From positions 1-25,473 of IMG/VR virus record IMGVR_UViG_3300044267_001940: 25,473 nucleotides of DNA. One strand, 5' to 3'. Shown piece by piece: positions 1 through 8,365 of this stretch (its first letter is position 1; the number at the start of each line of letters is the position of its first letter). The position numbers and the translations under genes were made by a program. The notes under the pieces were generated by a model, which had not been told where the DNA came from, made no database searches, and worked only from the letters and a program-made list of their open reading frames with translations. Source of the DNA: a virus. Its lineage: Duplodnaviria; Caudoviricetes.

Positions 1-2047
1 TTTACCAACAGCAGATGAACCGTTTAAACGAAGCGAAAAAAAAGCAGAACAATATTGGGAAAAACAAGAGTACCCAAAAGAGCTAAATAGAATTAAAAGC
101 AGGTTTGACTGGGAAGAATATCCATCAGATTTTAAAGAAAAATGGTACGATTATATTGACAATGAATTTAATAGACGAGAAAAAGGATTTTGGTTTTATA
201 ATGATGGTGTTGCTACTTACATTACTGGCACTCATTACATGTACTTGCAGTGGTCAAAGATTGACGTTGGAGCACCAGATTATAGAGAAGCAAATAGATT
301 CTTCTTTATATTTTGGGAAGCATGTAAAGCAGACAACAGATGTTACGGAATGTGCTACCTTAAAAACAGACGATCTGGATTCTCTTTTATGTCAAGCGCA
401 GAACTTGTTAACCAAGCTACAATATCTTCCGATTCTAGATACGGTATACTCTCCAAGTCTGGTGCCGATGCCAAAAAAATGTTCACAGATAAAGTTGTCC
501 CAATATCCGTCAACTACCCGTTCTTCTTTAAACCTATTCAAGACGGGATGGATAGGCCGAAAACTGAGTTGGCATATAGAGTTCCAGCCTCGAAGCTTAC
601 TCGTAGAAAGCTCCAAGAAAATATTAAAGAATTAGAACTAGAAGGATTAGATACAACTATTGACTGGAAAAACACAGGTGATAACTCATACGATGGTGAA
701 AAGCTAAAAATATTAGCTCATGATGAAAGTGGTAAATGGGAAAGACCTGACAATATATTAAACAACTGGAGGGTTACAAAAACTACATTACGTCTTGGTT
801 CTAGAATCGTAGGTAAATGTATGATGGGCTCAACTTCAAATGCTTTAGATAAAGGTGGAGACAACTTCAAAAAATTATACTACGCTTCTGATGCTACTAA
901 AAGAAATAGAAACGGACAAACATCTTCTGGGCTCTATAGCTTGTTCATTCCTATGGAATGGAACTATGAAGGATTCATCGATACTTATGGACTACCTGTA
1001 TTCGTTAGAAACAAAACTGCAGTTAAAGGAGTCGATGGCTATGAAATTACAACAGGAGTTATTGAGCATTGGGAAAACGAAGTTGAAGGACTTAAGTCAG
1101 ATCAAGACAGCTTAAATGAATATTATAGACAGTTTCCAAGAACAGAGCAACATGCTTTTAGAGATGAGACTAAAGACAGCTTGTTTAACTTAGTAAAAAT
1201 ATACGAGCAAATTGACTTTAATGATGAAATGAATAGTCAAGCTAGTATATCTTTAGGTAATTTTCAATGGAAAAATGGGATTAAAGATACTTTAGTTAGC
1301 TTTGTGCCAAATAACAACGGTAGATTTAGATTAACTTGGGTTCCTAGTGTAGGAATACAAAACAACGTAATATTAAAAAATGGAATTAAATATCCAGGTA
1401 ACGAACATATTGGAGCTTTCGGCTGTGATTCTTACGACATTAGCGGTACTGTTGATGGTCGCGGCTCTAAAGGAGCATTACATGGATTAACTAAGTTTTC
1501 TATGGAAGACGCACCACCTAACCATTTCTTTTTAGAATATATATCAAGACCTGAAACTGCTGAAATATTTTTTGAAGATGTACTTATGGCTTGTATTTTT
1601 TATGGTATGCCAATTTTAGTAGAAAATAATAAACCAAGATTACTATACTATTTTAAAAGAAGAGGTTATAGAGGATTTAGTATGAACAGGCCAGATAAAA
1701 TTTGGAATAAGTTATCAACTACAGAAAGAGAAATAGGTGGAATACCTAATTCAAGTGAAGATATAAAACAAGCTCACGCAGCCGCTATTGAGTCTTATAT
1801 AAACGAGAATGTAGGTCAACTAGAAAATTCTATGGGTAGTATGTATTTTCAGAAAACATTATTAGATTGGTCTAAGTTTAATATAAATAATAGAACTAAA
1901 TTTGATGCTACAATAAGTTCTGGTTTAGCTATAATGGCTTGTAATAAAAATAAGTATAGACCTATACCTAAAAGAGTTTCAACAAAAATAGATTTAGGAA
2001 TAAAAAGATATAACAACGAAGGAGTTACCTCGAAATTAATACAATAA
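1..2047 (+). CDS. terL: Terminase large subunit, 5'-truncated (frame is open from base 2, upstream of the ATG at 239)
   Basis: Frame reads LPTADEPFKRSEKKAEQYWEK...ITGTHYMYLQW with no stop from base 2. Walker A-like KNRRSGFS, Walker B LAHDESGKW, motif III-like GSTSN, RNase H-type nuclease acidic motifs FGCDSYD and KFDATISSGLA. Lies directly upstream of the portal gene. Confidence 0.93.
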   Translation, partial: LPTADEPFKRSEKKAEQYWEKQEYPKELNRIKSRFDWEEYPSDFKEKWYDYIDNEFNRREKGFWFYNDGVATYITGTHYMYLQWSKIDVGAPDYREANRFFFIFWEACKADNRCYGMCYLKNRRSGFSFMSSAELVNQATISSDSRYGILSKSGADAKKMFTDKVVPISVNYPFFFKPIQDGMDRPKTELAYRVPASKLTRRKLQENIKELELEGLDTTIDWKNTGDNSYDGEKLKILAHDESGKWERPDNILNNWRVTKTTLRLGSRIVGKCMMGSTSNALDKGGDNFKKLYYASDATKRNRNGQTSSGLYSLFIPMEWNYEGFIDTYGLPVFVRNKTAVKGVDGYEITTGVIEHWENEVEGLKSDQDSLNEYYRQFPRTEQHAFRDETKDSLFNLVKIYEQIDFNDEMNSQASISLGNFQWKNGIKDTLVSFVPNNNGRFRLTWVPSVGIQNNVILKNGIKYPGNEHIGAFGCDSYDISGTVDGRGSKGALHGLTKFSMEDAPPNHFFLEYISRPETAEIFFEDVLMACIFYGMPILVENNKPRLLYYFKRRGYRGFSMNRPDKIWNKLSTTEREIGGIPNSSEDIKQAHAAAIESYINENVGQLENSMGSMYFQKTLLDWSKFNINNRTKFDATISSGLAIMACNKNKYRPIPKRVSTKIDLGIKRYNNEGVTSKLIQ
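162..635 (+). CDS. Putative overprinted membrane/secreted protein in the +1 frame of terL (spanin-like candidate)
   Basis: 182 stop-free codons (87-632) in a frame that is normally stop-rich here. ATGs at 162 and 201/204 precede the hydrophobic segment FIMMVLLLTLLALITCTCSGQ. The terL codons over this span are atypically GC-rich. Confidence 0.55.
   Translation: MNLIDEKKDFGFIMMVLLLTLLALITCTCSGQRLTLEHQIIEKQIDSSLYFGKHVKQTTDVTECATLKTDDLDSLLCQAQNLLTKLQYLPILDTVYSPSLVPMPKKCSQIKLSQYPSTTRSSLNLFKTGWIGRKLSWHIEFQPRSLLVESSKKILKN
855..1115 (+). CDS. Possible second overprinted ORF in the +1 frame of terL
   Basis: 86 codons with GTG start and internal ATGs; LLGSIAC segment followed by a helical/coiled-coil-like C-terminus. 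Confidence 0.25.
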   Translation: METTSKNYTTLLMLLKEIETDKHLLGSIACSFLWNGTMKDSSILMDYLYSLETKLQLKESMAMKLQQELLSIGKTKLKDLSQIKTA

Positions 2048-2053
2048 ATATAT

Positions 2054-4441
2054 ATGATTTATACAACTAATAATAGTTCTTTTCCCGACCAGGTGGTACC
2101 TGACGCAGAGAAAGCTACCTTAGAATATGGTCTTGCCGTTGCTAGAGCGATTGAAGGTGAGTGGTTTAGAAACTACAGGTACGGAACTAATTACCCTGGT
2201 TATGCAGTAAATTATAATCAATATCATAACTTAAGATTATATGCTAGAGGAGAACAGTCAGTAAAAAAATATAAAGATGAGCTTGCTATTAATGGTGACT
2301 TAAGCTATTTAAATTTAGACTGGAAGCCAGTGCCAGTAATACCTAAGTTTGTAGACATTGTAGTTAATGGTATGTCACAAAGAAATTACGAAGTAAAGGC
2401 ATTTGCTGTTGATCCTTTTTCTACTAAGAAAAGAACTAACTATGCTAAAGAATTAATGAGAGATGTAAGAGAAAGGGAGTTAGCACAGAAAATTGAAGAA
2501 GTTACTGGTCAAAAACTTCAATCACCACAGTATAAAGAATTAGGTTTAGAAACAGAAGAAGAAATTAAATTACATTTACAGTTAGATTATAAACAGTCAG
2601 TTGAAATAGCTGAAGAAGAAGTTATTAATGACGTTTTAAATAGAAATAAATATGATTTAACTAGAAGAAGAATCGCACAAGATTTAACAGTATTAGGTAT
2701 TGCTTGTACAAAAACTAATTGGAATCAAGCAGAAGGTATTGTTGTTGATTATGTTGATCCAGCTGCTTTAGTATATTCATATACAGAAGACCCTAATTTT
2801 GAAGACTTATATTATGTTGGTGAAGTAAAGTCAATATCATTGGCTGATTTAAAAATGCAGTTTCCGTATTTAACAGATCAAGAGCTAGAAACAATACAGA
2901 AATATGATGGTAATGCTGAGTACTTAAGAGGTTATAATGGTAGAAATGATAATTTAACAGTACAGGTTTTATACTTTGAATATAAAACATATAGTGATCA
3001 AGTTTTTAAAATTAAAGAAACGCCCACTGGGTTAGAAAAAGCTTTAGAAAAGCCAGATACATTTAATCCACCTGAAAATGACAACTTTGAAAGAGTTTCT
3101 AGAACTATAGAAACGTTATACTCAGGTGCTAAAATATTGGGACATCCTTTAATGTTAAAGTGGGAACTGGCTAAAAACATGACAAGGCCATTTGCAGATA
3201 CCACCAGAGTTAAAATGAATTATAATATATGTGCGCCTCGTATGTATAAAGGACGTATTGAAAGTTTAGTTGGTAGAATAACAGGTTTTGCTGATATGAT
3301 ACAATTAACTCATTTAAAGCTACAACAAGTAATGTCTAGAATAGTTCCTGATGGTGTTTATTTAGATATGGATGGTTTAGCTGAAGTAGACTTAGGTAAT
3401 GGAACTAATTATAATCCAGCTGAAGCTTTAAATATGTATTTCCAAACTGGTAGTATAGTTGGTAGATCATTAACTCAAGATGGTGATCCTAACAGAGGAA
3501 AAGTTCCTATACAAGAATTACAGTCTAGCTCAGGAGGTGCTAAAATACAGTCTCTTATACAAACATATGAGTATTATTTAAAAATGATAAGAGATGTAAC
3601 CGGATTAAATGAAGCTAGAGATGGAAGTACTCCAGATAAAAATGCGTTAGTTGGTTTACAAAAGTTAGCTGCTGCAAACTCTAACACTGCTACTAGACAC
3701 TTACTACAAGCTATGTTATATATTACTTCTAGGACGTGTGAAAATATTTGTTTGAGAATATCAGATTCTTTAGAATATCCTTTTACAAAGTCAGCTTTAG
3801 AAAATAGTATATCAAGGTACAATGTTTCTACATTAGAAGAGATAACTAATTTAAACCTTCATGATTTTGGTATATTTTTAGACTTAGAACCAGATGAAGA
3901 AGAAAAGCAATACTTAGAGCAAAATATACAAATAGCTTTAAAAGGTGGTGCTATTGATTTAGAAGATGCTATTGATCTTAGAGAAATTAATAATATCAAG
4001 CTTGCTAATCAGATGCTTAAAGAAAGAAGAAAAAGAAAACAAAAGCGTGATCAGCGAATACAACAGCAGAACATGCAAGCTCAAGCTCAATCTAATGCAC
4101 AATTAGCAGAACAAACTGCGTTAGCTGAAACACAAAAGCAACAAGTATTAACTGAGCAAAAAATGCAACTAGCAAAAGCTCAAAGTGATTTTGAGATTTT
4201 ACAAATGCAACAAAAAGCTCAAATTGATCAGCAATTATTAGATCTTAGGTATTCTTATGATATGAAGCTAAAACAAATGGAAGTAGATTCTCAAGCTCAA
4301 AAAGAAAAAATGATTGAAGATAGAAAAGATCAAAGAACAAAATTAGAAGGTTCACAGCAAAGTGAGATGATCTCACAAAGGCAAATGGATGGACCGCCTA
4401 TAAATTTTGATGCTAAATACAGTGATTTATTATCACAATAA
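2054..4441 (+). CDS. Portal protein
   Basis: 795 aa directly after terL; WKPVPVIPKFVDIVVNG segment; long Gln-rich coiled-coil C-terminus resembling the P22-type portal barrel. Confidence 0.85.
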   Translation: MIYTTNNSSFPDQVVPDAEKATLEYGLAVARAIEGEWFRNYRYGTNYPGYAVNYNQYHNLRLYARGEQSVKKYKDELAINGDLSYLNLDWKPVPVIPKFVDIVVNGMSQRNYEVKAFAVDPFSTKKRTNYAKELMRDVRERELAQKIEEVTGQKLQSPQYKELGLETEEEIKLHLQLDYKQSVEIAEEEVINDVLNRNKYDLTRRRIAQDLTVLGIACTKTNWNQAEGIVVDYVDPAALVYSYTEDPNFEDLYYVGEVKSISLADLKMQFPYLTDQELETIQKYDGNAEYLRGYNGRNDNLTVQVLYFEYKTYSDQVFKIKETPTGLEKALEKPDTFNPPENDNFERVSRTIETLYSGAKILGHPLMLKWELAKNMTRPFADTTRVKMNYNICAPRMYKGRIESLVGRITGFADMIQLTHLKLQQVMSRIVPDGVYLDMDGLAEVDLGNGTNYNPAEALNMYFQTGSIVGRSLTQDGDPNRGKVPIQELQSSSGGAKIQSLIQTYEYYLKMIRDVTGLNEARDGSTPDKNALVGLQKLAAANSNTATRHLLQAMLYITSRTCENICLRISDSLEYPFTKSALENSISRYNVSTLEEITNLNLHDFGIFLDLEPDEEEKQYLEQNIQIALKGGAIDLEDAIDLREINNIKLANQMLKERRKRKQKRDQRIQQQNMQAQAQSNAQLAEQTALAETQKQQVLTEQKMQLAKAQSDFEILQMQQKAQIDQQLLDLRYSYDMKLKQMEVDSQAQKEKMIEDRKDQRTKLEGSQQSEMISQRQMDGPPINFDAKYSDLLSQ

Positions 4442-4453
4442 TTTTATATTAAC

Positions 4454-4470
4454 TATTATATTATATTATG
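4454..4470 (+). promoter_or_regulatory. (TATTA)3 repeat running into the scaffold start codon
   Basis: tattatattatattATG; the same motif precedes the gene at 7528. Confidence 0.45.
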
Positions 4471-5601
4471 TCAGAAATAAAAGAAGAAAAAAAAGAAGGT
4501 TTAAAAATAAAAAAGCCTTCTTATAAAAGACCTAATGATCAGGTCTTTAAAGTTGATTTAACTAAAAAAGAAGAAGATGCCGTTCAAGAGTCAAGCACAG
4601 AGGAAGTTCATGTACGCAACGAATCCGGAGATGGCGAAAAAGTGGGAGAAACACACGAAGAAAAAGTCGTTGCCACTGAGAGTAAAGAAGAAGAAGTAAG
4701 TCCAATAACGGAAGTACAAGAAGAAAAAGAAAAAGAAAAACAAGTTGAAGAAGTAAAAGCTGAAACTCCAGAGCTACCAGAAAATATAAATAAATTAATT
4801 GAATTTATGAAAGATACTGGTGGTAATATTGAAGATTATGTCAGGTTAAATACTGACTATTCTAAAGTAGATGCTGATGCTTTATTAGTAGAGTATTACA
4901 AGTCTACTAAACCTCATTTAAATAAAGAAGAAATAGAGTTTTTAATAGAAGACAGCTTTTCTTACGACGAAGATGAGGAAGATAAAAAAGATATTAAGAA
5001 AAAGCAGCTTGCTGCTAAAGAAGAGCTTGCGAAAGCAAGAAAGTTTTTTGAAGAAACAAAGCAAAAGTATTATGATGAAATCAAGTTGAAACCTAATACT
5101 AGCTCTGATCAACAAAAAGCCCTTGACTTTCTCAATACATACAACAAAGAACAAGAAATAGCTAAACAACGTCATGAGATGTTTCAGGAAAAAACAAAAG
5201 ATGTTTTCAATGATTTCAAAGGTTTTGATTTTAAATTTGGAGATAAAACTTTTAAATATAATGTAAACAACCCTGATGATGTTGCGGCAAAACAGTCTAA
5301 CTTAAACACATTCGTTAAGAAGTTCTTAAACAAAAATGGTGAAGTTGTTGACGCTGTTAACTACCACAAAGCTATTTATGCTGCTGATAATGCTGATGCT
5401 ATAGCTAAGCATTTTTATGAGCAAGGTAAGACCGACGCTACTAAAGATATTATGGCTAAATCTAAAAATATAACAAATGAAACTCGTCCACAAGACAATG
5501 GTGAAATTTATTTAAATGGATTAAAAGTGAGGGCAATTAGCGGTGCAGATAGTTCTAGGTTGAAATTTAAAGTAAAAAATAAAACAACAACTAAAACATA
5601 A
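4468..5601 (+). CDS. Capsid scaffolding protein (putative)
   Basis: 377 aa, very Glu/Lys-rich, acidic low-complexity N-terminus and helical C-terminus; lies between portal and capsid genes. Confidence 0.7.
   Translation: MSEIKEEKKEGLKIKKPSYKRPNDQVFKVDLTKKEEDAVQESSTEEVHVRNESGDGEKVGETHEEKVVATESKEEEVSPITEVQEEKEKEKQVEEVKAETPELPENINKLIEFMKDTGGNIEDYVRLNTDYSKVDADALLVEYYKSTKPHLNKEEIEFLIEDSFSYDEDEEDKKDIKKKQLAAKEELAKARKFFEETKQKYYDEIKLKPNTSSDQQKALDFLNTYNKEQEIAKQRHEMFQEKTKDVFNDFKGFDFKFGDKTFKYNVNNPDDVAAKQSNLNTFVKKFLNKNGEVVDAVNYHKAIYAADNADAIAKHFYEQGKTDATKDIMAKSKNITNETRPQDNGEIYLNGLKVRAISGADSSRLKFKVKNKTTTKT
4577..4699 (+). CDS. Overprinted 40-aa basic protein in the +1 frame of the scaffold gene
   Basis: ATG4577..TAA4699 = MPFKSQAQRKFMYATNPEMAKKWEKHTKKKSLPLRVKKKK; A-rich leader actaaaaaagaagaagATG; coincides with a GC-rich patch with atypical scaffold codons. 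Confidence 0.7.
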   Translation: MPFKSQAQRKFMYATNPEMAKKWEKHTKKKSLPLRVKKKK

Positions 5602-5604
5602 AAA

Positions 5605-7077
5605 ATGGGATTTGTAGGAAACAATTCTTTCCCTGCGTCGATAGTACCGATGCCTAGTAAAGTTACTGTACAAGATAATTACATTGACTTTCAGGCTGCT
5701 GGTTTCGAACAATGGGCACAACAATATCTACCTGAGCTTTATGAAGCTGAAGTAGAGAGATACGGAAACCGAACAATAGGCGGTTTCTTAAGAATGGTAG
5801 GCGCTGAAATGCCTATGACATCAGACCAAGTTATTTGGACTGAACAAAATAGATTACACATTGCGTATGACACTGTACAAGTTGCTGCTGGAGCTAATTC
5901 AACTGTGACTGTAACTATTACTCAAGGTGCTAATCCTGCTTCATCAGCTATTAGAAATGGTAATACAATTTTAATTTCAGATAATGCTACTGGATTAGTT
6001 ACTGCTAAAGCTTTAGTTACCGCTGGCGGTGGAACATACACACTAACTTGTATTCTTTATGAAACAACTGCAGCTGCTATTCCCGCTGGAATTGTTACAG
6101 GTGCTGCTACTAATAGCGTGTTTGTATATGGTTCTGAATTTCCAAAAGGAAGTCAGGGAATGTCTGGAGCAATTGAGCCAGGTGTAACTACTCATAAAAA
6201 TTCACCAATTATATTAAAAGATAACTATGAACTATCTGGTTCTGATGTTGCTCAAATTGGTTGGATTGAAGTAGCTACTGAAGATGGTCAATCAGGTTAT
6301 CTATGGTATTTAAAAGCTGAATCTGAAACAAGATTAAGATTTGAAGATTACCTAGAAACTGCAATGGTTGAAGGTGTAAGACAAGCTAACGTAAATGCTA
6401 ATACTCAGTTTGGTGCTCAATTTGGAGATGCTTCTGCTTCTCAAATAAAAGGTACTGAAGGTTTATTTTCGGCATTAAACGATAGAGGTAATGTATACTC
6501 TGGATTTGCTGGTGCTGCTGCTCCAGGATCTGGTGCTTTAGGTGATTTCGATGCTATTCTTAAGCAATTAGATAAGCAAGGTGCTATTGAAGAAAACATG
6601 TTATTCTTATCTAGAGCTACTGCTCTTGATTTTGACGATATGTTAGCTGCTGTAAATGGCTCTTATGCTTCTACTCAAGCTGCTTCTTATGGTTTATTTG
6701 AAAATGACGGTGATATGGCGTTGAATTTTGGATTTTCAGGTTTTAGAAGAGGTTCTTATGACTTCTACAAGACTGATTGGAAATACTTAAACGACATTAC
6801 TCTAAGAGGTTCTGATAACGAGATTGATGGTGTAATGATTCCTGCTGGAACTACTACAGTATACGATCAAATGTTAGGATCAAACATCAGACGTCCTTTC
6901 TTACATATAAGATATAGAGCTTCTGAAACTGAAGATAGAAAAATGAAATCATGGATCACTGGTTCTGTAGGTGGAGCTTTCACTTCAGATCTTGATACAA
7001 TGAGAGTTAATTTCTTATCTGAAAGATGTTTAGTCGTACAAGCTGCTAATAACTTCGTGTTATTTAAAGGAGCTTAA
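5605..7077 (+). CDS. Major capsid protein (HK97 fold expected)
   Basis: 490 aa after the scaffold; strongly biased codon usage (GCT/GGT/ACT); QQYLPELYEAEVERYG near the N-terminus and C-terminal FLSERCLVVQAANNFVLF. Confidence 0.85.
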   Translation: MGFVGNNSFPASIVPMPSKVTVQDNYIDFQAAGFEQWAQQYLPELYEAEVERYGNRTIGGFLRMVGAEMPMTSDQVIWTEQNRLHIAYDTVQVAAGANSTVTVTITQGANPASSAIRNGNTILISDNATGLVTAKALVTAGGGTYTLTCILYETTAAAIPAGIVTGAATNSVFVYGSEFPKGSQGMSGAIEPGVTTHKNSPIILKDNYELSGSDVAQIGWIEVATEDGQSGYLWYLKAESETRLRFEDYLETAMVEGVRQANVNANTQFGAQFGDASASQIKGTEGLFSALNDRGNVYSGFAGAAAPGSGALGDFDAILKQLDKQGAIEENMLFLSRATALDFDDMLAAVNGSYASTQAASYGLFENDGDMALNFGFSGFRRGSYDFYKTDWKYLNDITLRGSDNEIDGVMIPAGTTTVYDQMLGSNIRRPFLHIRYRASETEDRKMKSWITGSVGGAFTSDLDTMRVNFLSERCLVVQAANNFVLFKGA

Positions 7078-7107
7078 TTAATTATTAACATTTAAAAGAT
7101 AGAAATT

Positions 7108-7458
7108 ATGGCAAATTACATTAAAGCAATTACAGCAAATGCTACTGCATCTGCTGCTGCAGAATTTATATTAATTCCTGTAGACGGTGTTATGGCGTTA
7201 ACTTTTGGTGGTTCACCAGGTTCTTCGCATATTCTTAATATTTATTATTTAGAAGGTACTGGATCTAGCGCAAGCAACGGAAGACAATTCCTTGTTAACG
7301 TTACTATTCCAGATGCTAACACTACTACTGCTGCGGCTATTACAACAGCTTTTTATAAAGCTATGGCTGAGGCAATACAAAGTCCAGGAAGTTTACCGTT
7401 ATTACTTGAAAATGATACGGTTGTTACTTCTGCTGCTGCTGGATCAGCTGCATTGTAA
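7108..7458 (+). CDS. Small Ala/Thr-rich virion protein (possible capsid decoration protein)
   Basis: 116 aa directly after the capsid gene and before a terminator; capsid-like codon bias. Confidence 0.5.
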   Translation: MANYIKAITANATASAAAEFILIPVDGVMALTFGGSPGSSHILNIYYLEGTGSSASNGRQFLVNVTIPDANTTTAAAITTAFYKAMAEAIQSPGSLPLLLENDTVVTSAAAGSAAL

Positions 7459-7478
7459 TAAATTGGATTTACAATAAT

Positions 7479-7505
7479 AAGATCCCGCTTCGGCGGGGTC
7501 TTTTT
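7479..7505 (+). terminator. Rho-independent terminator
   Basis: aagatcccgc-TTCG-gcggggtctt stem with a C(UUCG)G tetraloop, followed by a T-tract. Confidence 0.9.
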
Positions 7506-7508
7506 AAT

Positions 7509-7530
7509 TATTATATTATATTATATTATG
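7509..7530 (+). promoter_or_regulatory. (TATTA)4 repeat running into the start codon at 7528
   Basis: tattatattatattatattATG, immediately after the terminator. Confidence 0.45.
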
Positions 7531-8313
7531 GAAACAAAAACAAAAAAAGCTCCTGCTCCCAAGCAAGAGGTTAAAAAAGATACTTGGGAATATAAAGATA
7601 GAAACTATTATCTATTAAACAATAAAACACCGTTAACTTATACTTTACCTAGTAGACACTCTAGAAGATACCCATTAGTTTGGTTTGATCCAAAAAAAGG
7701 TTACGAAAGAGAATTAAGATATGCTACAAACCAACAGTCAATATTTGTTGATGAGCAAAAAGGATCTGTTACTTTAAAGCATATTGTATTTGAAGAAGGT
7801 CACTTAATGGTTAAAAAAGAACAAAGAAATTTACAAGAGTTTTTACTTCATCATCCTCATCGAGATTTAATATTCGCTGAGTTTGATCCTGTAGCTAATG
7901 CTGTTGATGAGTTTGATTATTTAGAAGCTGAAATATCAGCAATGAATATGGCTTATGAAATGGATGTAGATAAAGCAGAAGCTATATTAAGAGTTGAAGT
8001 AGGATCAGGTGTTAGCAAATTAAGCTCAAAAGAACTTAAAAGAGATTTATTATTATTTGCTAAAAAAGATCCAGTGTTATTCTTAGATTTAGCTCAAGAT
8101 GAAAATGTTGAGTTAAGAAATCTAGCTATTAGAGCTACAGAAAATAGAATAATATTGTTATCAGATGATAATAGAACTTTTAAATGGGCAACAAATGGTA
8201 GAAAATTAATGAATGTACCATTTGACGAAAATCCATACTCAGCTATGGCAGCTTGGTTTAAAACTGATGAAGGTTTAGAAGTATATAACTCTATACAGAA
8301 AAAACTAAAATAA
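7528..8313 (+). CDS. Conserved hypothetical virion/morphogenesis protein
   Basis: 261 aa in the head-tail block, flanked by two terminators; no catalytic motif recognised. Confidence 0.6.
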   Translation: METKTKKAPAPKQEVKKDTWEYKDRNYYLLNNKTPLTYTLPSRHSRRYPLVWFDPKKGYERELRYATNQQSIFVDEQKGSVTLKHIVFEEGHLMVKKEQRNLQEFLLHHPHRDLIFAEFDPVANAVDEFDYLEAEISAMNMAYEMDVDKAEAILRVEVGSGVSKLSSKELKRDLLLFAKKDPVLFLDLAQDENVELRNLAIRATENRIILLSDDNRTFKWATNGRKLMNVPFDENPYSAMAAWFKTDEGLEVYNSIQKKLK

Positions 8314-8328
8314 CAAGTGATTATAATT

Positions 8329-8352
8329 AAGGCGGCTACTCGCCGCCTTTTT
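8329..8352 (+). terminator. Rho-independent terminator
   Basis: aaggcggc-tactc-gccgcctt stem followed by further Ts. Confidence 0.8.
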
Positions 8353-8365
8353 AATATATATAAAT

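Noticed and set aside
239-241. ATG at 239 as the terminase start
   Set aside because: The frame is open to the window edge with terminase-like sequence, so the true start is upstream.
2090-2102. Small inverted repeat caggt-ggt-acctg at the portal 5' end
   Set aside because: 5-bp stem with a 3-nt loop; too weak without comparative data.
4970-5090. +1-frame Lys-rich ORF of about 38 aa (MRKIKKILRKSSLLL...) in the scaffold gene
   Set aside because: Explained by shifting GAA/AAA-rich codons; no distinctive residues.
7060-7110. Frameshift/readthrough extension of the capsid protein into the 7108 gene
   Set aside because: No in-frame slippery heptamer, and further stop codons lie in the intergenic sequence.
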